Shown: positions 29,397 through 39,031 of the stretch, one piece after another
Layout of the letters: every line of letters starts with the position of its first letter
How positions within the stretch are numbered: the first letter of the stretch is position 1
Source: Anaerolineales bacterium
GTDB lineage: Bacteria; Chloroflexota; Anaerolineae; Anaerolineales; UBA4823
DNA length: 64,000 bases
Assembly (NCBI GenBank): GCA_034434515.1
Contig: DAOTZA010000084.1
Location: 7,261 to 71,260, forward strand
Reading direction: 5' to 3'
The notes under the pieces: generated by a model
Seen by the model: only the letters and a program-made list of their open reading frames with translations
What the model was told of the DNA's origin: nothing
Database searches by the model: none
Translations under genes and position numbers: made by a program

Positions 29397-31286
29397 ATGA
29401 CTGACGATCCGTTCAATACCCAAAAAGAACAATTCCAATCCGAGAAATCGATCTCCTTTGCCACTGATCAACTTAAAATTGGATCAACGCTCGCCAACCG
29501 CTACTTCATTGAAGGGATTTTAGGGGTAGGGGGAATGGGAGCAGTCTATAAAGCCCGTGATCTGCACTTCCCCAACGTGGTCAAACAGGTAGCTGTAAAA
29601 GAAATGATCATCCAAACGCGTGACCCGGTTGTGCGCGCTTCGATCATTCGCAATTTTGAACGAGAAGCGAACTTATTGGCAACCCTCGATCACCCTGCCA
29701 TTCCCCGCATTTTCGATTACTTTACTGCTCATGACCGCTCCTACCTGGTCTTAGAGCTAATCAATGGCAAAACCCTGGAAGCCCTCATTGAGGAAAACAT
29801 CCCGATTCCCCAGGTCATCCAGTGGGCAATTGAGATTTGCGATGTCTTGAGCTATCTTCACAATCATCAGCCAGAGCCGATCATCTTTCGCGACATGAAA
29901 CCTTCAAATGTAATGATCAACCAATACGGGAAAGTGATGTTGATCGACTTTGGGATTGCCAAGCCGTTCCGCGGCGAACAGAAAGGCACCATGGTTGGCA
30001 CAGAAGGTTATTCTCCGCCTGAACAATACCGCGGTCAAGCCTCACACCTGGCCGACATCTATGCGCTTGGTGCAACGCTTCATCATTTCTTGACCAAGAG
30101 AGATCCGCGTTTAGAAGCGCCATTTTCCTTCGGCGAGCGTCCGATCCGACAACTGAATCCCCAAGTTCCCCCAGAGTTGGAAGCGGTCATCTACAAGGCT
30201 CTCCAATATGATCCAATGGATCGCTTCCAATCCGCTAAAGATATGAAAATGGCCTTAGAAGCGATCCTGAGCAAAAGAGCGCCAACCTTTTCTCCCCATC
30301 AATCGGCAAAGGCGGTAATGCAAAAAGTACAACCTCTCTGGACGTTCCGTTGTCAGGATGAGATCAGAGGCGCCCCTGCTTTTAAAGATGGCTGGTTATT
30401 TTTCGGCTCGTATGATCAGTGTTTATACGCCTTGCACGGGAAAAAGGGTGAACTGGTTTGGCGTTATCAGAGCGATGGTCCCATCGTCAGCCGACCAATC
30501 ATCGAAGATGGAAATGTCATCTTTGGTTCAGCCGATCGGCGCGTTCATGTGATCAACCAACTCTCTGGCAAAATTTTTTGGTCTTATTTTACGGAAGGCG
30601 CTATCTATTCCTCACCTGCATTCTCTGGTGGACATATTTTTATTGGATCCGATGATGCTCATCTTCATGCCATCAATATGATTTCAGGAAATGGGGTTTG
30701 GAAATTTGATAGCGGGGCTCCAATTCGCACAACACCTTTCATTTACGAAGATTACCTTTTCTTTGGCAATGAATATGGTGATTTCTTGTGTCTCGATTTT
30801 CGCGGTGCTATTCGTTGGCGATTTCGGGCGAAAAGGTCAATTACCGGCTCAGCCATTGTGGTCAACGGCACCGTTTATTTTGGCTCTTTAGACGGTATGG
30901 TTTATGCTCTGGAAGCAAAAACCGGCTGGCAATTCTGGCGTTTTCGGCTGGGGAAACCTACCATCTCTACTCCTTGTTTGAATGGCAATAACCTGTACAT
31001 TGGGTGTACAGATGGGAATATTTATTGCATCGACATTGCCAGCGGCAAAGAGCAATGGCGATTTATGACCGAACACCAGGTTACCGGTTCAGCAGTTTTC
31101 CATGAAGGAAAAGTATATTTTGGTTCTGTTGATCAACATTTGTATTGCATTGATGGTGAAACCGGCTCATTGATTTGGAAATTCCCAACCGAGGGCCCTA
31201 TAACCGGAACACCCTTGATCAATCAGGACACGGTTTTTATCGGTTCCACAGACGGGCAAATGTATGCTTTGCCGGCCGTACCTTAA
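29397..31286 (+). CDS. Ser/Thr protein kinase fused to a PQQ-like (BamB-type) beta-propeller, no TM segment
   Basis: 629 aa. The kinase core (GVGGMGAVYKA, catalytic loop FRDMKPSN, DFG, SPE) is followed by repeated G.vYfGS.DG.lYAl blades. There is no hydrophobic segment between the two parts. Confidence 0.85.
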   Translation: MTDDPFNTQKEQFQSEKSISFATDQLKIGSTLANRYFIEGILGVGGMGAVYKARDLHFPNVVKQVAVKEMIIQTRDPVVRASIIRNFEREANLLATLDHPAIPRIFDYFTAHDRSYLVLELINGKTLEALIEENIPIPQVIQWAIEICDVLSYLHNHQPEPIIFRDMKPSNVMINQYGKVMLIDFGIAKPFRGEQKGTMVGTEGYSPPEQYRGQASHLADIYALGATLHHFLTKRDPRLEAPFSFGERPIRQLNPQVPPELEAVIYKALQYDPMDRFQSAKDMKMALEAILSKRAPTFSPHQSAKAVMQKVQPLWTFRCQDEIRGAPAFKDGWLFFGSYDQCLYALHGKKGELVWRYQSDGPIVSRPIIEDGNVIFGSADRRVHVINQLSGKIFWSYFTEGAIYSSPAFSGGHIFIGSDDAHLHAINMISGNGVWKFDSGAPIRTTPFIYEDYLFFGNEYGDFLCLDFRGAIRWRFRAKRSITGSAIVVNGTVYFGSLDGMVYALEAKTGWQFWRFRLGKPTISTPCLNGNNLYIGCTDGNIYCIDIASGKEQWRFMTEHQVTGSAVFHEGKVYFGSVDQHLYCIDGETGSLIWKFPTEGPITGTPLINQDTVFIGSTDGQMYALPAVP

Positions 31287-31288
31287 TC

Positions 31289-32191
31289 ATGGAGAAAAGC
31301 ATTGTGAAAAACCCCTTTCAACGATCTCAAGCCAAAAAAATCCAGACGTCGAACCAATCCCCCCAAAACCTCCCATCAACCAGTTCGCAGGTGTATATCC
31401 TGGAGCCTCGCTTACAGTCTGCTTTTGCGCAATCTAACGGGATCCAGCGGGAATACAACGAAGATGCAATCTTGACGATCGAGTTCTCGGTTGCCTATCA
31501 AGATCTTGTAAGAAACGCCGGTATCTATGCCATCGCGGATGGTATGGGAGGTCACCTGCATGGCGAGATTGCTAGCAAAGTAGCCGTAACCAGTCTAGCT
31601 TCCACCCTTATTGAGCGATTACTTCTCCCCCAATTAAATCCTCCAACTCCCCAGCCTCATAATTCATTTCTAAATACTCTGAGAGAATCCGTGCTCATCG
31701 CTCATCAAGAAGTGCTTCAGAAAGCCACCGGTGGCGGTACAACTTTGACCTGTTGTTTGATTGTCGCCAAAACCCTGACCATCGCTCACATTGGAGATAG
31801 TCGCGCTTATTACATTGGAGAGAACGGAGAGATTAAGCTTTACACCCGCGATCATTCTTTGGTTAAACGACTGGTCGAATTAGGTCAAATTTCCGAACAA
31901 GAAGCCCAAAACCATCCCCAACGCAATGTCCTCTATCGGGCATTGGGTCAAACGGATCCAGTTGAGGTAGATGTTTTTTCACTTCCTCTCCCCCCCTCGG
32001 GTTACCTTTTGCTCTGTTCAGATGGTTTATGGGGAGTTGTGCCTGAAAACCAAATCGTTCAGACCATTAGACAATCACCTAACTTGCAGGCTGCCTGCAA
32101 TCGTCTCACCCAACTCGCCAACGAAGCGGGTGGTCCTGATAATATTTCGGTAATTCTGGTAAAATTTTCATCAGCATCTTCTTCCGAGTGA
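31289..32191 (+). CDS. PP2C-family Ser/Thr phosphatase
   Basis: ATG 31289 lies 2 nt after the kinase stop. Motifs ADGMGGH, CSDGLW and GGPDNISV are present. Confidence 0.85.
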   Translation: MEKSIVKNPFQRSQAKKIQTSNQSPQNLPSTSSQVYILEPRLQSAFAQSNGIQREYNEDAILTIEFSVAYQDLVRNAGIYAIADGMGGHLHGEIASKVAVTSLASTLIERLLLPQLNPPTPQPHNSFLNTLRESVLIAHQEVLQKATGGGTTLTCCLIVAKTLTIAHIGDSRAYYIGENGEIKLYTRDHSLVKRLVELGQISEQEAQNHPQRNVLYRALGQTDPVEVDVFSLPLPPSGYLLLCSDGLWGVVPENQIVQTIRQSPNLQAACNRLTQLANEAGGPDNISVILVKFSSASSSE

Positions 32192-32203
32192 GGTAATGGA
32201 AAA

Positions 32204-32446
32204 ATGTCCTATACACTCATTGTCCACATTGCCAATGCCGAGCCAATCGTTGGAGAGGTTGAGGAGCTTCCCAAACCGACTGACAACCTGATTATCCTTC
32301 ATGAACCCCGTCAAAGAGATGGTAAAGAGGTGCCTTATATCGACCGAGACTCCATGGTAGCCATTTTTCCCATTCATCGCATCAGTTTTATCGAAGTTGT
32401 TACCCCTCAGGAAGAAGAAGAAATCATCGGGTTTGTCAGAGAATAA
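32204..32446 (+). CDS. hypothetical small protein (80 aa)
   Basis: ATG 32204, with GAGG ~10 nt upstream. It is wedged between the PP2C and response regulator genes with 12-nt and 10-nt gaps. No family recognised. Confidence 0.5.
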   Translation: MSYTLIVHIANAEPIVGEVEELPKPTDNLIILHEPRQRDGKEVPYIDRDSMVAIFPIHRISFIEVVTPQEEEEIIGFVRE

Positions 32447-32456
32447 AGGAAACGCT

Positions 32457-33197
32457 ATGGATGAAGTTCACCTAACCAACCGACATATCCTGGTTGTTGA
32501 TGATGAAGAACGCATGGTGCGCTTTGTGCGTTTAAACCTCGAACACGATGGATTCAAGGTGAGCGAAGCTTACCGCGGCATGGAGGCGATTGACAAGGTA
32601 CGCACATTGCTCCCCGATTTGGTCATTCTTGATGTTATGTTACCGGATATTGATGGTTTTGAAGTTTTACGCATCATCCGAGAAACGAGTTCCGTACCGG
32701 TGATTATGCTTACCGCCAAAGGTGAAGAGGATGATCGGGTGCGCGGTTTAGAGCTTGGCGCTGATGACTACATCACCAAACCCTTTAGCCCCCGTGAACT
32801 GGTGAGCCGTGTGCGAGCTGTTTTACGCCGGGTTGAAATGGCAACTCCAGGGGTGCATGGGGTCATTGAAGTTGACGACCGTCTCAAGATCGATTTTGGA
32901 CGGCGAGAAGTGTGGGTGGATGGCAGGTTGGTCCAGCTACGGCCAACGGAATATCGCCTGCTTTACCATCTGGTTCAAAACGCCGGCTGGGTGTTAACTC
33001 ACGACCAGATTTTAACCAAAGTTTGGGGATATGAATATCGCGACGAACCCCACTATGTGCGTTTATATATTAATTACCTGCGCCAGAAAATCGAAAAGGA
33101 TCCGGCAAATCCCCAGTATATCTTAACCGAAAGAGGAGTTGGTTACCGTTTCATTGATTTTCGGCGCCAAAAAGAAGCGGCAACAAAAGCGGAATAA
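32457..33197 (+). CDS. OmpR/PhoB-family response regulator
   Basis: The receiver has DD, D (ILDVMLP), T (LTA) and K (KPF). The C-terminal winged helix contains LTRTEYRLL-like [14 protein letters not shown] 32457 is preferred over the track start 32397. Confidence 0.85.
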   Translation: MDEVHLTNRHILVVDDEERMVRFVRLNLEHDGFKVSEAYRGMEAIDKVRTLLPDLVILDVMLPDIDGFEVLRIIRETSSVPVIMLTAKGEEDDRVRGLELGADDYITKPFSPRELVSRVRAVLRRVEMATPGVHGVIEVDDRLKIDFGRREVWVDGRLVQLRPTEYRLLYHLVQNAGWVLTHDQILTKVWGYEYRDEPHYVRLYINYLRQKIEKDPANPQYILTERGVGYRFIDFRRQKEAATKAE

Positions 33198-33215
33198 CCC
33201 TATGGAGGATAGGAA

Positions 33216-33869
33216 ATGGCTAAGCAAAGGATCTTACTGGTAGATGATCATGAAGTAGTTCGTTTGGGATTGAAATCCCTTCTCGATCGACATCCTAACT
33301 TTGAGGTGGTTGCAGAAGCCAGCACTGCCAGAGAAGCCATTGAAAAGGTCGCAGCCCACGCTCCAGATGTGGTTGTGATGGATATTCGTTTGCCTGGCGT
33401 ATCGGGTATCGAAGCGTGTGAAGAGATCGCAGAAAAGTATCCCAACACCAAAGTCATCATGCTAACCTCCTACGCCGAAGACGAAATGCTCTTCTCAGCA
33501 ATCCGGGCCGGCGCTTCCGGTTATGTTCTCAAGCAAATTGGCGGTGAAGACCTAGTTCGCGCTATCGAAGCTGTTGGAAGAGGAGAAGCGCTTTTAGATC
33601 CCGCCGTGACTCAACGCATCTTCCAGGAAGTACGCAAAGCAGCAAAAGAAGAAGAAGCCTCTGCTTTTTCTGCCCTTACCCAGCAAGAACGCCATGTCCT
33701 TTTACTGGTTTCAGAAGGGAAAACTAATCGAGAGATTGCCAAAGCGCTCTTTTTAGGAGAAGGTACGGTAAGGAACTACGTATCCAGTATCCTCTCGAAG
33801 TTAGGTGTGAGCAATCGCGCTGAGGCAGCCGCGTACGCGGTTGAACACAATTTACGCGATTATTTATAA
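33216..33869 (+). CDS. NarL/LuxR-family response regulator
   Basis: Canonical receiver ([20 protein letters not shown]) plus a LuxR HTH ([25 protein letters not shown]...). Confidence 0.85.
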   Translation: MAKQRILLVDDHEVVRLGLKSLLDRHPNFEVVAEASTAREAIEKVAAHAPDVVVMDIRLPGVSGIEACEEIAEKYPNTKVIMLTSYAEDEMLFSAIRAGASGYVLKQIGGEDLVRAIEAVGRGEALLDPAVTQRIFQEVRKAAKEEEASAFSALTQQERHVLLLVSEGKTNREIAKALFLGEGTVRNYVSSILSKLGVSNRAEAAAYAVEHNLRDYL

Positions 33870-33906
33870 CTCTTCTACCTGAACCTTCTTTCCAAGAGAA
33901 AATGTA

Positions 33907-33949
33907 GCGCGAATCAACGCCTTGCTTAGCTTTCTTCGCGCGATTTTTT
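33907..33949 (+). terminator. putative intrinsic terminator of the kinase-RR operon
   Basis: GCGCGAA (33907-33913) pairs with TTCGCGC (33935-33941), followed by GATTTTTT. The loop is long (21 nt). Confidence 0.45.
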
Positions 33950-33984
33950 CTTGACCATAGTTGTACTCATCAATTTTTATGCTG

Positions 33985-34467
33985 TTAATTCTGGCTCTCC
34001 AAAGCCTTCAAGAAATTTTCCACTGCCCACCCTTTGACGTTTTCATCATACGGCGCAACCAGATACCACCAGATATAACCCGAAGCCTCCTGCGGACCAT
34101 CTTTTACGACAAAGATTTCTCCTTCATACGCCAGGAAGAGAATTTCACCCTCCAGACCAGGCTTTGCCCGCAAACGCAATCCATCCCCTTGAGTGCCATA
34201 GATTTGAACTGAATCACCCAGGCGAATGAGTCCTGGTGAAAGATCCCCATTGAGTGATTGTGTCATGCCATCGGCGGGAGTTAGCGAAGCAGTCGGTTGG
34301 AGGGAAGGGGTTAGTGTAGGGGCGGGGATAACCTCAACAATAGCGGTCGGATAGAGGCTGGTCAAGGCAGTGCGTTCACTCCTCGCCAGGGCAATCACTC
34401 CCAGGCTCAAACAACAAGCGAAAAGACCTGCACCCAGGAAACCGAGGTAAGGTTTTATTCTAAACAT
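33985..34467 (-). CDS. secreted/anchored protein with bacterial SH3-like domain
   Basis: 160 aa with an N-terminal signal or TM segment. The C-terminal part (GDSVQIYGTQGDGLRLRAKPGLEGEILFLAYEGEIFVVKDGP...WWYLV) is SH3b-like. Confidence 0.5.
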   Translation of the reverse strand: MFRIKPYLGFLGAGLFACCLSLGVIALARSERTALTSLYPTAIVEVIPAPTLTPSLQPTASLTPADGMTQSLNGDLSPGLIRLGDSVQIYGTQGDGLRLRAKPGLEGEILFLAYEGEIFVVKDGPQEASGYIWWYLVAPYDENVKGWAVENFLKALESQN

Positions 34468-34498
34468 CTATACCAATCAAAGAACCTCAAAAGCGACA

Positions 34499-34507
34499 TG
34501 GTACAAT
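34499..34507 (+). promoter_or_regulatory. extended -10 promoter element upstream of the third kinase gene
   Basis: TGgTACAAT at 34499-34507. AGGAGA (34515-34520) lies upstream of ATG 34532. Confidence 0.4.
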
Positions 34508-34531
34508 ACTTGCTAGGAGATTTTATCAGAA

Positions 34532-35641
34532 ATGTCCGCTGAAGTTATCCTGAATGATCGGTATCAACTTCTCGAACGCCTTGGCACTGGCGGTATGGCA
34601 GTGGTCTACCGCGCCCATGATCGCCGGCTAGATCGCTATGTTGCTATCAAAATCTTGCGCGAGAATTATTCTCCCGATCCGGCCTTTCAAGAACGTTTTC
34701 GGCAAGAAGCGCGAGCAGCCGCTAATCTCTCTCATCCGAATATCGTAACCGTACACGATTTTGGCTATGATCATGGCCGTCTGTATATCGTGATGGAATA
34801 TGTACCTGGCACCGATCTAAAAAGCCACTTGAAACGTAAAGGACAGTTCTCCGTACGTGAGACTTTATCCTTGATGATTCAAGCCTGTGCCGGTGTCGGC
34901 TATGCTCACCGAGCAGGAATTGTCCATTGCGACATCAAGTCCCAAAATTTCATCATCACTCCTGATCACCGCTTGAAGGTGACCGACTTCGGTATTGCTC
35001 GCGCCCTGGCGTCCATTCAACCCGAAGAAAGGAGCGAGGTTGTCTGGGGGTCACCGCAGTATTTTTCTCCGGAGCAGGCTGCTGGCTTGGCTCCTTCCCC
35101 CGCCTCCGATGTCTATTCGCTTGGCGTTGTTGCTTATGAGATGCTGACCGGACAGCTCCCTTTTCAAGCCTCAAGCGCTGAAGAGTTTGCCCGAATGCAT
35201 CGTGAAGACCCTCCTCCACCACCTAGTCGTTATAATCCCGCTATTCCTCCAACGCTGGAACTGGTTATTCTAAAAGTGCTTTCTAAAGAACCTTCGGCGC
35301 GCTACCGCACCGCCGATCAATTCGGACGCATCCTGGTCAATATTCAAAACGAACTTTATGGCAAACCTGCCCCTGTCCTAAACGACATCCCAAAAACAGG
35401 GGAAGCTCCCACCTTATCACAAACCAAACCACCCCAATCCCAAGCATCTCCGCCTCTTGTCGCAACTCGTTCGACAGGCGCCTCTCAACCGATTTCTACC
35501 CTCCGTTACGAAACTCACCTTGCGGAACAAAACCCGCCTCTACAGATTGATTGGATCACCATTTTCCTGGGACTTATCACCCTTTTGGCTGTAGGAGGAT
35601 TAATTCCGCTATGGATCTGGGTTTATTTTTTGTACCAGTAA
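34532..35641 (+). CDS. Ser/Thr protein kinase, non-RD type, C-terminally tail-anchored
   Basis: 369 aa. The catalytic loop is HCDIKSQN (Arg of HRD replaced by Cys), with DFG and SPE. A Pro-rich linker follows. A single TM (ITIFLGLITLLAVGGLIPLWIWVYFL) ends 3 residues before the stop. Confidence 0.8.
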   Translation: MSAEVILNDRYQLLERLGTGGMAVVYRAHDRRLDRYVAIKILRENYSPDPAFQERFRQEARAAANLSHPNIVTVHDFGYDHGRLYIVMEYVPGTDLKSHLKRKGQFSVRETLSLMIQACAGVGYAHRAGIVHCDIKSQNFIITPDHRLKVTDFGIARALASIQPEERSEVVWGSPQYFSPEQAAGLAPSPASDVYSLGVVAYEMLTGQLPFQASSAEEFARMHREDPPPPPSRYNPAIPPTLELVILKVLSKEPSARYRTADQFGRILVNIQNELYGKPAPVLNDIPKTGEAPTLSQTKPPQSQASPPLVATRSTGASQPISTLRYETHLAEQNPPLQIDWITIFLGLITLLAVGGLIPLWIWVYFLYQ

Positions 35642-35703
35642 ACTCTGTCCTGGGTAACGGAAGACTTGTCAGAAATCATCTCCAAGGGTATCATTATTGC
35701 CAT

Positions 35704-35742
35704 GCGGCGAAAATAAAAATCACGGCAGTCGCCGCGATTTTT
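35704..35742 (+). terminator. putative intrinsic terminator
   Basis: GCGGCGA (35704-35710) pairs with TCGCCGC (35729-35735), followed by GATTTTT. It lies between the convergent kinase and rpmB genes. Confidence 0.5.
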
Positions 35743-35777
35743 ATCTACTGGCATCTGAAGAATTGGTTATGATGGAA

Positions 35778-35960
35778 TTACTCACTTTTCGCCAGGGTGC
35801 GAATGCACTTGGCACACAATACTTTGCGTATCTTTTTCCCTCCTTCATAAAGGCTCACGACCTGCAAATTCGGGCGAAAGGTGCGATTCGTGGCTTTTTT
35901 CGACCACGGTCGATTTTGTCCAAATACGGTTTTCTTTCCGCAATGTTCACATTTAGCCAT
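35778..35960 (-). CDS. rpmB: 50S ribosomal protein L28
   Basis: 60 aa: MAKCEHCGKKTVFGQNRPWSKKATNRTFRPNLQ, typical of L28. Confidence 0.9.
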   Translation of the reverse strand: MAKCEHCGKKTVFGQNRPWSKKATNRTFRPNLQVVSLYEGGKKIRKVLCAKCIRTLAKSE

Positions 35961-36073
35961 AAGCTCACTTCCTATCCATTAAACTTAAAGTCTTGCCTTT
36001 ACAGAGCAGGCGAAGTTTACCATAATTCGCATCTCTTGGCAAGCATGATGGTTAATTATTCCAGAGGTAGTGT

Positions 36074-36430
36074 ATGACAAAAGAAGTCCTTCCCCTTGGA
36101 ACTATTTACGTATCCCCTCGCGTGATTGCCACCATTGCCTATCAGGCTGCGCTGCAATCCTACGGAGTGGTCGGTCTCGCACATAAAAATTTTTTCTATG
36201 GCGTCAGCCATAAACTGGTTAAGGATCCCTTACATGGCGTTGAGGTGCATTACGATGGGGTCGAAATCCGCATTGATATCTATATTATCGTTGAGTACGG
36301 TACCCGCATTTCTGCAGTTGCCTCCAGCGTTCGGGACACGGTGCGATATCAGGTTGAAAAAGCCTTGGGACTGCCCGTCGCGTGTGTGAACGTACACGTG
36401 CGTGGTTTGCGAATCAGCGAGGTAGATTAA
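36074..36430 (+). CDS. Asp23/Gls24-family (YloU-like) protein
   Basis: 118 aa. The Asp23-like sequence is IYVSPRVIATIAYQAALQSYGVVGL...VNVHVRGL. It has the conserved position upstream of the DAK2 gene. Confidence 0.8.
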   Translation: MTKEVLPLGTIYVSPRVIATIAYQAALQSYGVVGLAHKNFFYGVSHKLVKDPLHGVEVHYDGVEIRIDIYIIVEYGTRISAVASSVRDTVRYQVEKALGLPVACVNVHVRGLRISEVD

Positions 36431-36460
36431 CGGTGTGCCCCACATGGCGAGGAGTCGTTT

Positions 36461-38146
36461 ATGAGGATTGAAAAAGAGAGAGGACAAAGTCCAGATCACG
36501 CCCCAAGAGCGAAAGAGCAAGTGAACGGAGCAGTTTTGAAGCTCATGGTCGAGGCAGGGTTAACCTGGCTTCGCACCAACCAGCAAATTGTCAATTCATT
36601 AAATGTTTTTCCTGTTCCCGATGGCGACACCGGCACCAATATGGTGTTGACCATGCAAGCAGCATACGAGGAAATATCGAATGGCAAAGAGAACAACTTT
36701 GGCAAAGTTGCTCACGCCATTGCCCATGGTGCGCTCATGGGCGCCAGAGGGAATTCTGGCGTCATTCTCTCCCAAATCTGGCGGGGATTTGCCCGTGCGG
36801 TGGATAACATCGAAACGCTCGATGTTCCCACTTTTGTCAAAGCTCTGGCTTCCGCCAGAGATACAGCCTACAAAGGTGTGGTAAGACCCGTAGAAGGCAC
36901 CATCTTGACCGTGATCAAGGATGTAGCCACAGCCGCTCAGGAAGCCCTCCCAGAAACCAACGATCTCCTTCAACTCCTGGAAAGAATCGTTAAAGCTGCA
37001 GATGACTCTGTGCAGCGAACCCCTGAACTGTTACCGGTGCTCAAAGAAGCAGGAGTTGTTGATTCGGGTGGAAAAGGGCTTTTCTTTATTCTTGAAGGAA
37101 TGTTGCGCTATGCCAAAGGCATGCCCTTAGATGCACCCACTTCTACCGTAATGCCCATTGCCTCCATGAATTTACAGCGGACAATGGAAATTATTGAACC
37201 CGGCCAGGATGTAGAAGTTGTGATTGATTTCCGTCCCTACAATAAACTCGATATTGAAACTTTTTATCGCGACTTAGAAAAAATGGGCACGTCGATTCAA
37301 TTGGGTGAAGGGGATGGAATCTATCGGCTTCACATTCACGTTTCCGATGGACGGCAGTATGAACCGATTGAATACGTCAAGCAAGTGGGCATCTTCACGA
37401 AAGTTGCAATGGAAAACCTTGCCGCTCAAATGGAGCAAAGCGAAGAGAAAAGTGGGATTGCTCAACTGACGCTTGCGCCAGTCGAGCCAGGCCAAATCGC
37501 AGCCGTAGCGGTTGCGCCTGGGCCAGGCATCGCCAGAGTTTTTGCCAGTCTCGGCGCGGCTGCCATTGTTCACGGCGGGCAGACGATGAACCCCTCAACC
37601 CAGGAAATCCTCTCAGCCTTTGAAAATCTGCCGACAGACAAAATTGTCATATTACCCAATAACAAAAATATCATCCGTACTGCGGAAGCAGCTAAAGAAT
37701 TAACCGTCAAAAAGGTAGCCGTCATTCCCAGTCGCTCAGTCCCCCAGGGTTTGGCTGCTATTATGCATTTGTCTCCCCATGAAGACTTCAATACCGTCAT
37801 CAGTGAAATGGAAGAAGCCTTGCTTCAAGTCGAAACTGGCGAGATTACCCGCGCAACCCGCAGCGTTGAAATTGACGGAATCTCAGTCAAAGAAGGTGAA
37901 TTTATCGCATTGCACAACGGAAATCTTGTCGCCGCCTCGTCCTCCTTGAAGGACATCACCTTAGAGTTGTTGCAAATTGCTCATGCCGATCACTTTGAAC
38001 TAATCACCTTGTTTTACGGCAAAGATCTCACCAAACAAGAAGCCAATCAGATCGCCGATGAAATCCGCTTTGCGTATCCAGAACAGGAAATAGAAGTACA
38101 GGATGGAGGCCAGCCCCATTATTACTTTATTATCTCGATCGAATAA
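36461..38146 (+). CDS. fakA: DAK2-domain protein YloV/FakA (fatty acid kinase ATP-binding subunit homolog)
   Basis: 561 aa. The DhaL/Dak2 motif VPDGDTGTNM is present. GGAG lies 7 nt upstream of the ATG. The neighbourhood matches asp23-yloV-degV. Confidence 0.8.
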   Translation: MRIEKERGQSPDHAPRAKEQVNGAVLKLMVEAGLTWLRTNQQIVNSLNVFPVPDGDTGTNMVLTMQAAYEEISNGKENNFGKVAHAIAHGALMGARGNSGVILSQIWRGFARAVDNIETLDVPTFVKALASARDTAYKGVVRPVEGTILTVIKDVATAAQEALPETNDLLQLLERIVKAADDSVQRTPELLPVLKEAGVVDSGGKGLFFILEGMLRYAKGMPLDAPTSTVMPIASMNLQRTMEIIEPGQDVEVVIDFRPYNKLDIETFYRDLEKMGTSIQLGEGDGIYRLHIHVSDGRQYEPIEYVKQVGIFTKVAMENLAAQMEQSEEKSGIAQLTLAPVEPGQIAAVAVAPGPGIARVFASLGAAAIVHGGQTMNPSTQEILSAFENLPTDKIVILPNNKNIIRTAEAAKELTVKKVAVIPSRSVPQGLAAIMHLSPHEDFNTVISEMEEALLQVETGEITRATRSVEIDGISVKEGEFIALHNGNLVAASSSLKDITLELLQIAHADHFELITLFYGKDLTKQEANQIADEIRFAYPEQEIEVQDGGQPHYYFIISIE

Positions 38147-38176
38147 GGATAGCGCTCGCAAAAGTGGGTGATCTCT

Positions 38177-39031
38177 ATGCAAAAAATTTGTATCGTCACC
38201 GATACAACCGCCCAATTCCCAAAATTCAAGGATGGGTGGCAAGAAATGGTAAAAATCCTGCCGATCAGTCCGGGAGGAGAGACTGTTCACCCGCATCCAC
38301 CAGAACGAAGTCGGAGTTCGGTGGAAGACTACGCTCCACATCCCTTATTTCTGGGCGGGGAGGAGCAAAACAAATTAAAAATCTTTCTCTCCGGTTTAGC
38401 TTACGAATATCAACAAGTATTTTGTTTATTGCCTACGAAAACCCTTTTCCCTTCCTTTGGGATGGTCACACAAACTCTGGAGCAGATAAATCTGCCCTCA
38501 GTTTTTACGATCATCGATACGCGTAGTCTGGGGTATGGATTGGGATGGTTAATTCAGACTTGCGCCGACTTTGTCTGCCGGAGTGTAAACCCCGGTGAAA
38601 TCAAACGATACCTGCACTACAAAATCCCCCGCATTTATACATTAATCTACCTTCCCAATCTCATTAACCTCAGCCGCTCAAAAATTCTCGACCCCGATCA
38701 GGCTTTCATCGGCGATTACCTTGGCATTCACCCCCTTGTATTATTAGAAAACGATCAGATCGTTCCCTATCAAAAAGCCCGCAATTTCAAAAACGTTGCC
38801 GATCGTGTTCTCGAATATGCTCATGAATTCACTCGAATCGAATATGTTGGCTTACACTTTGGCATCTCAATTGGCATCTCAGAAAGAAAGAATTTACAAA
38901 ACCGCTTTCAAATCTTGCTCTCCCAAAACTCGCTCGATACCCAAGTCATGAGTCCCTACCTGAATCACGTTTTAGGTGATCAATCGATTTGTGTGATTTT
39001 GATAGAAAGTGATTCAAGACATGAAATCTAA
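38177..39031 (+). CDS. DegV-family protein (FakB-like), divergent copy
   Basis: The N-terminus ICIVTDTTAQFP is a relaxed version of the DegV IVTDSxxD motif. It also has a Pro/His/Ser-rich insert (PGGETVHPHPPERSRSSVEDYAPHP). GTG 38168 is an alternative start. Confidence 0.6.
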   Translation: MQKICIVTDTTAQFPKFKDGWQEMVKILPISPGGETVHPHPPERSRSSVEDYAPHPLFLGGEEQNKLKIFLSGLAYEYQQVFCLLPTKTLFPSFGMVTQTLEQINLPSVFTIIDTRSLGYGLGWLIQTCADFVCRSVNPGEIKRYLHYKIPRIYTLIYLPNLINLSRSKILDPDQAFIGDYLGIHPLVLLENDQIVPYQKARNFKNVADRVLEYAHEFTRIEYVGLHFGISIGISERKNLQNRFQILLSQNSLDTQVMSPYLNHVLGDQSICVILIESDSRHEI

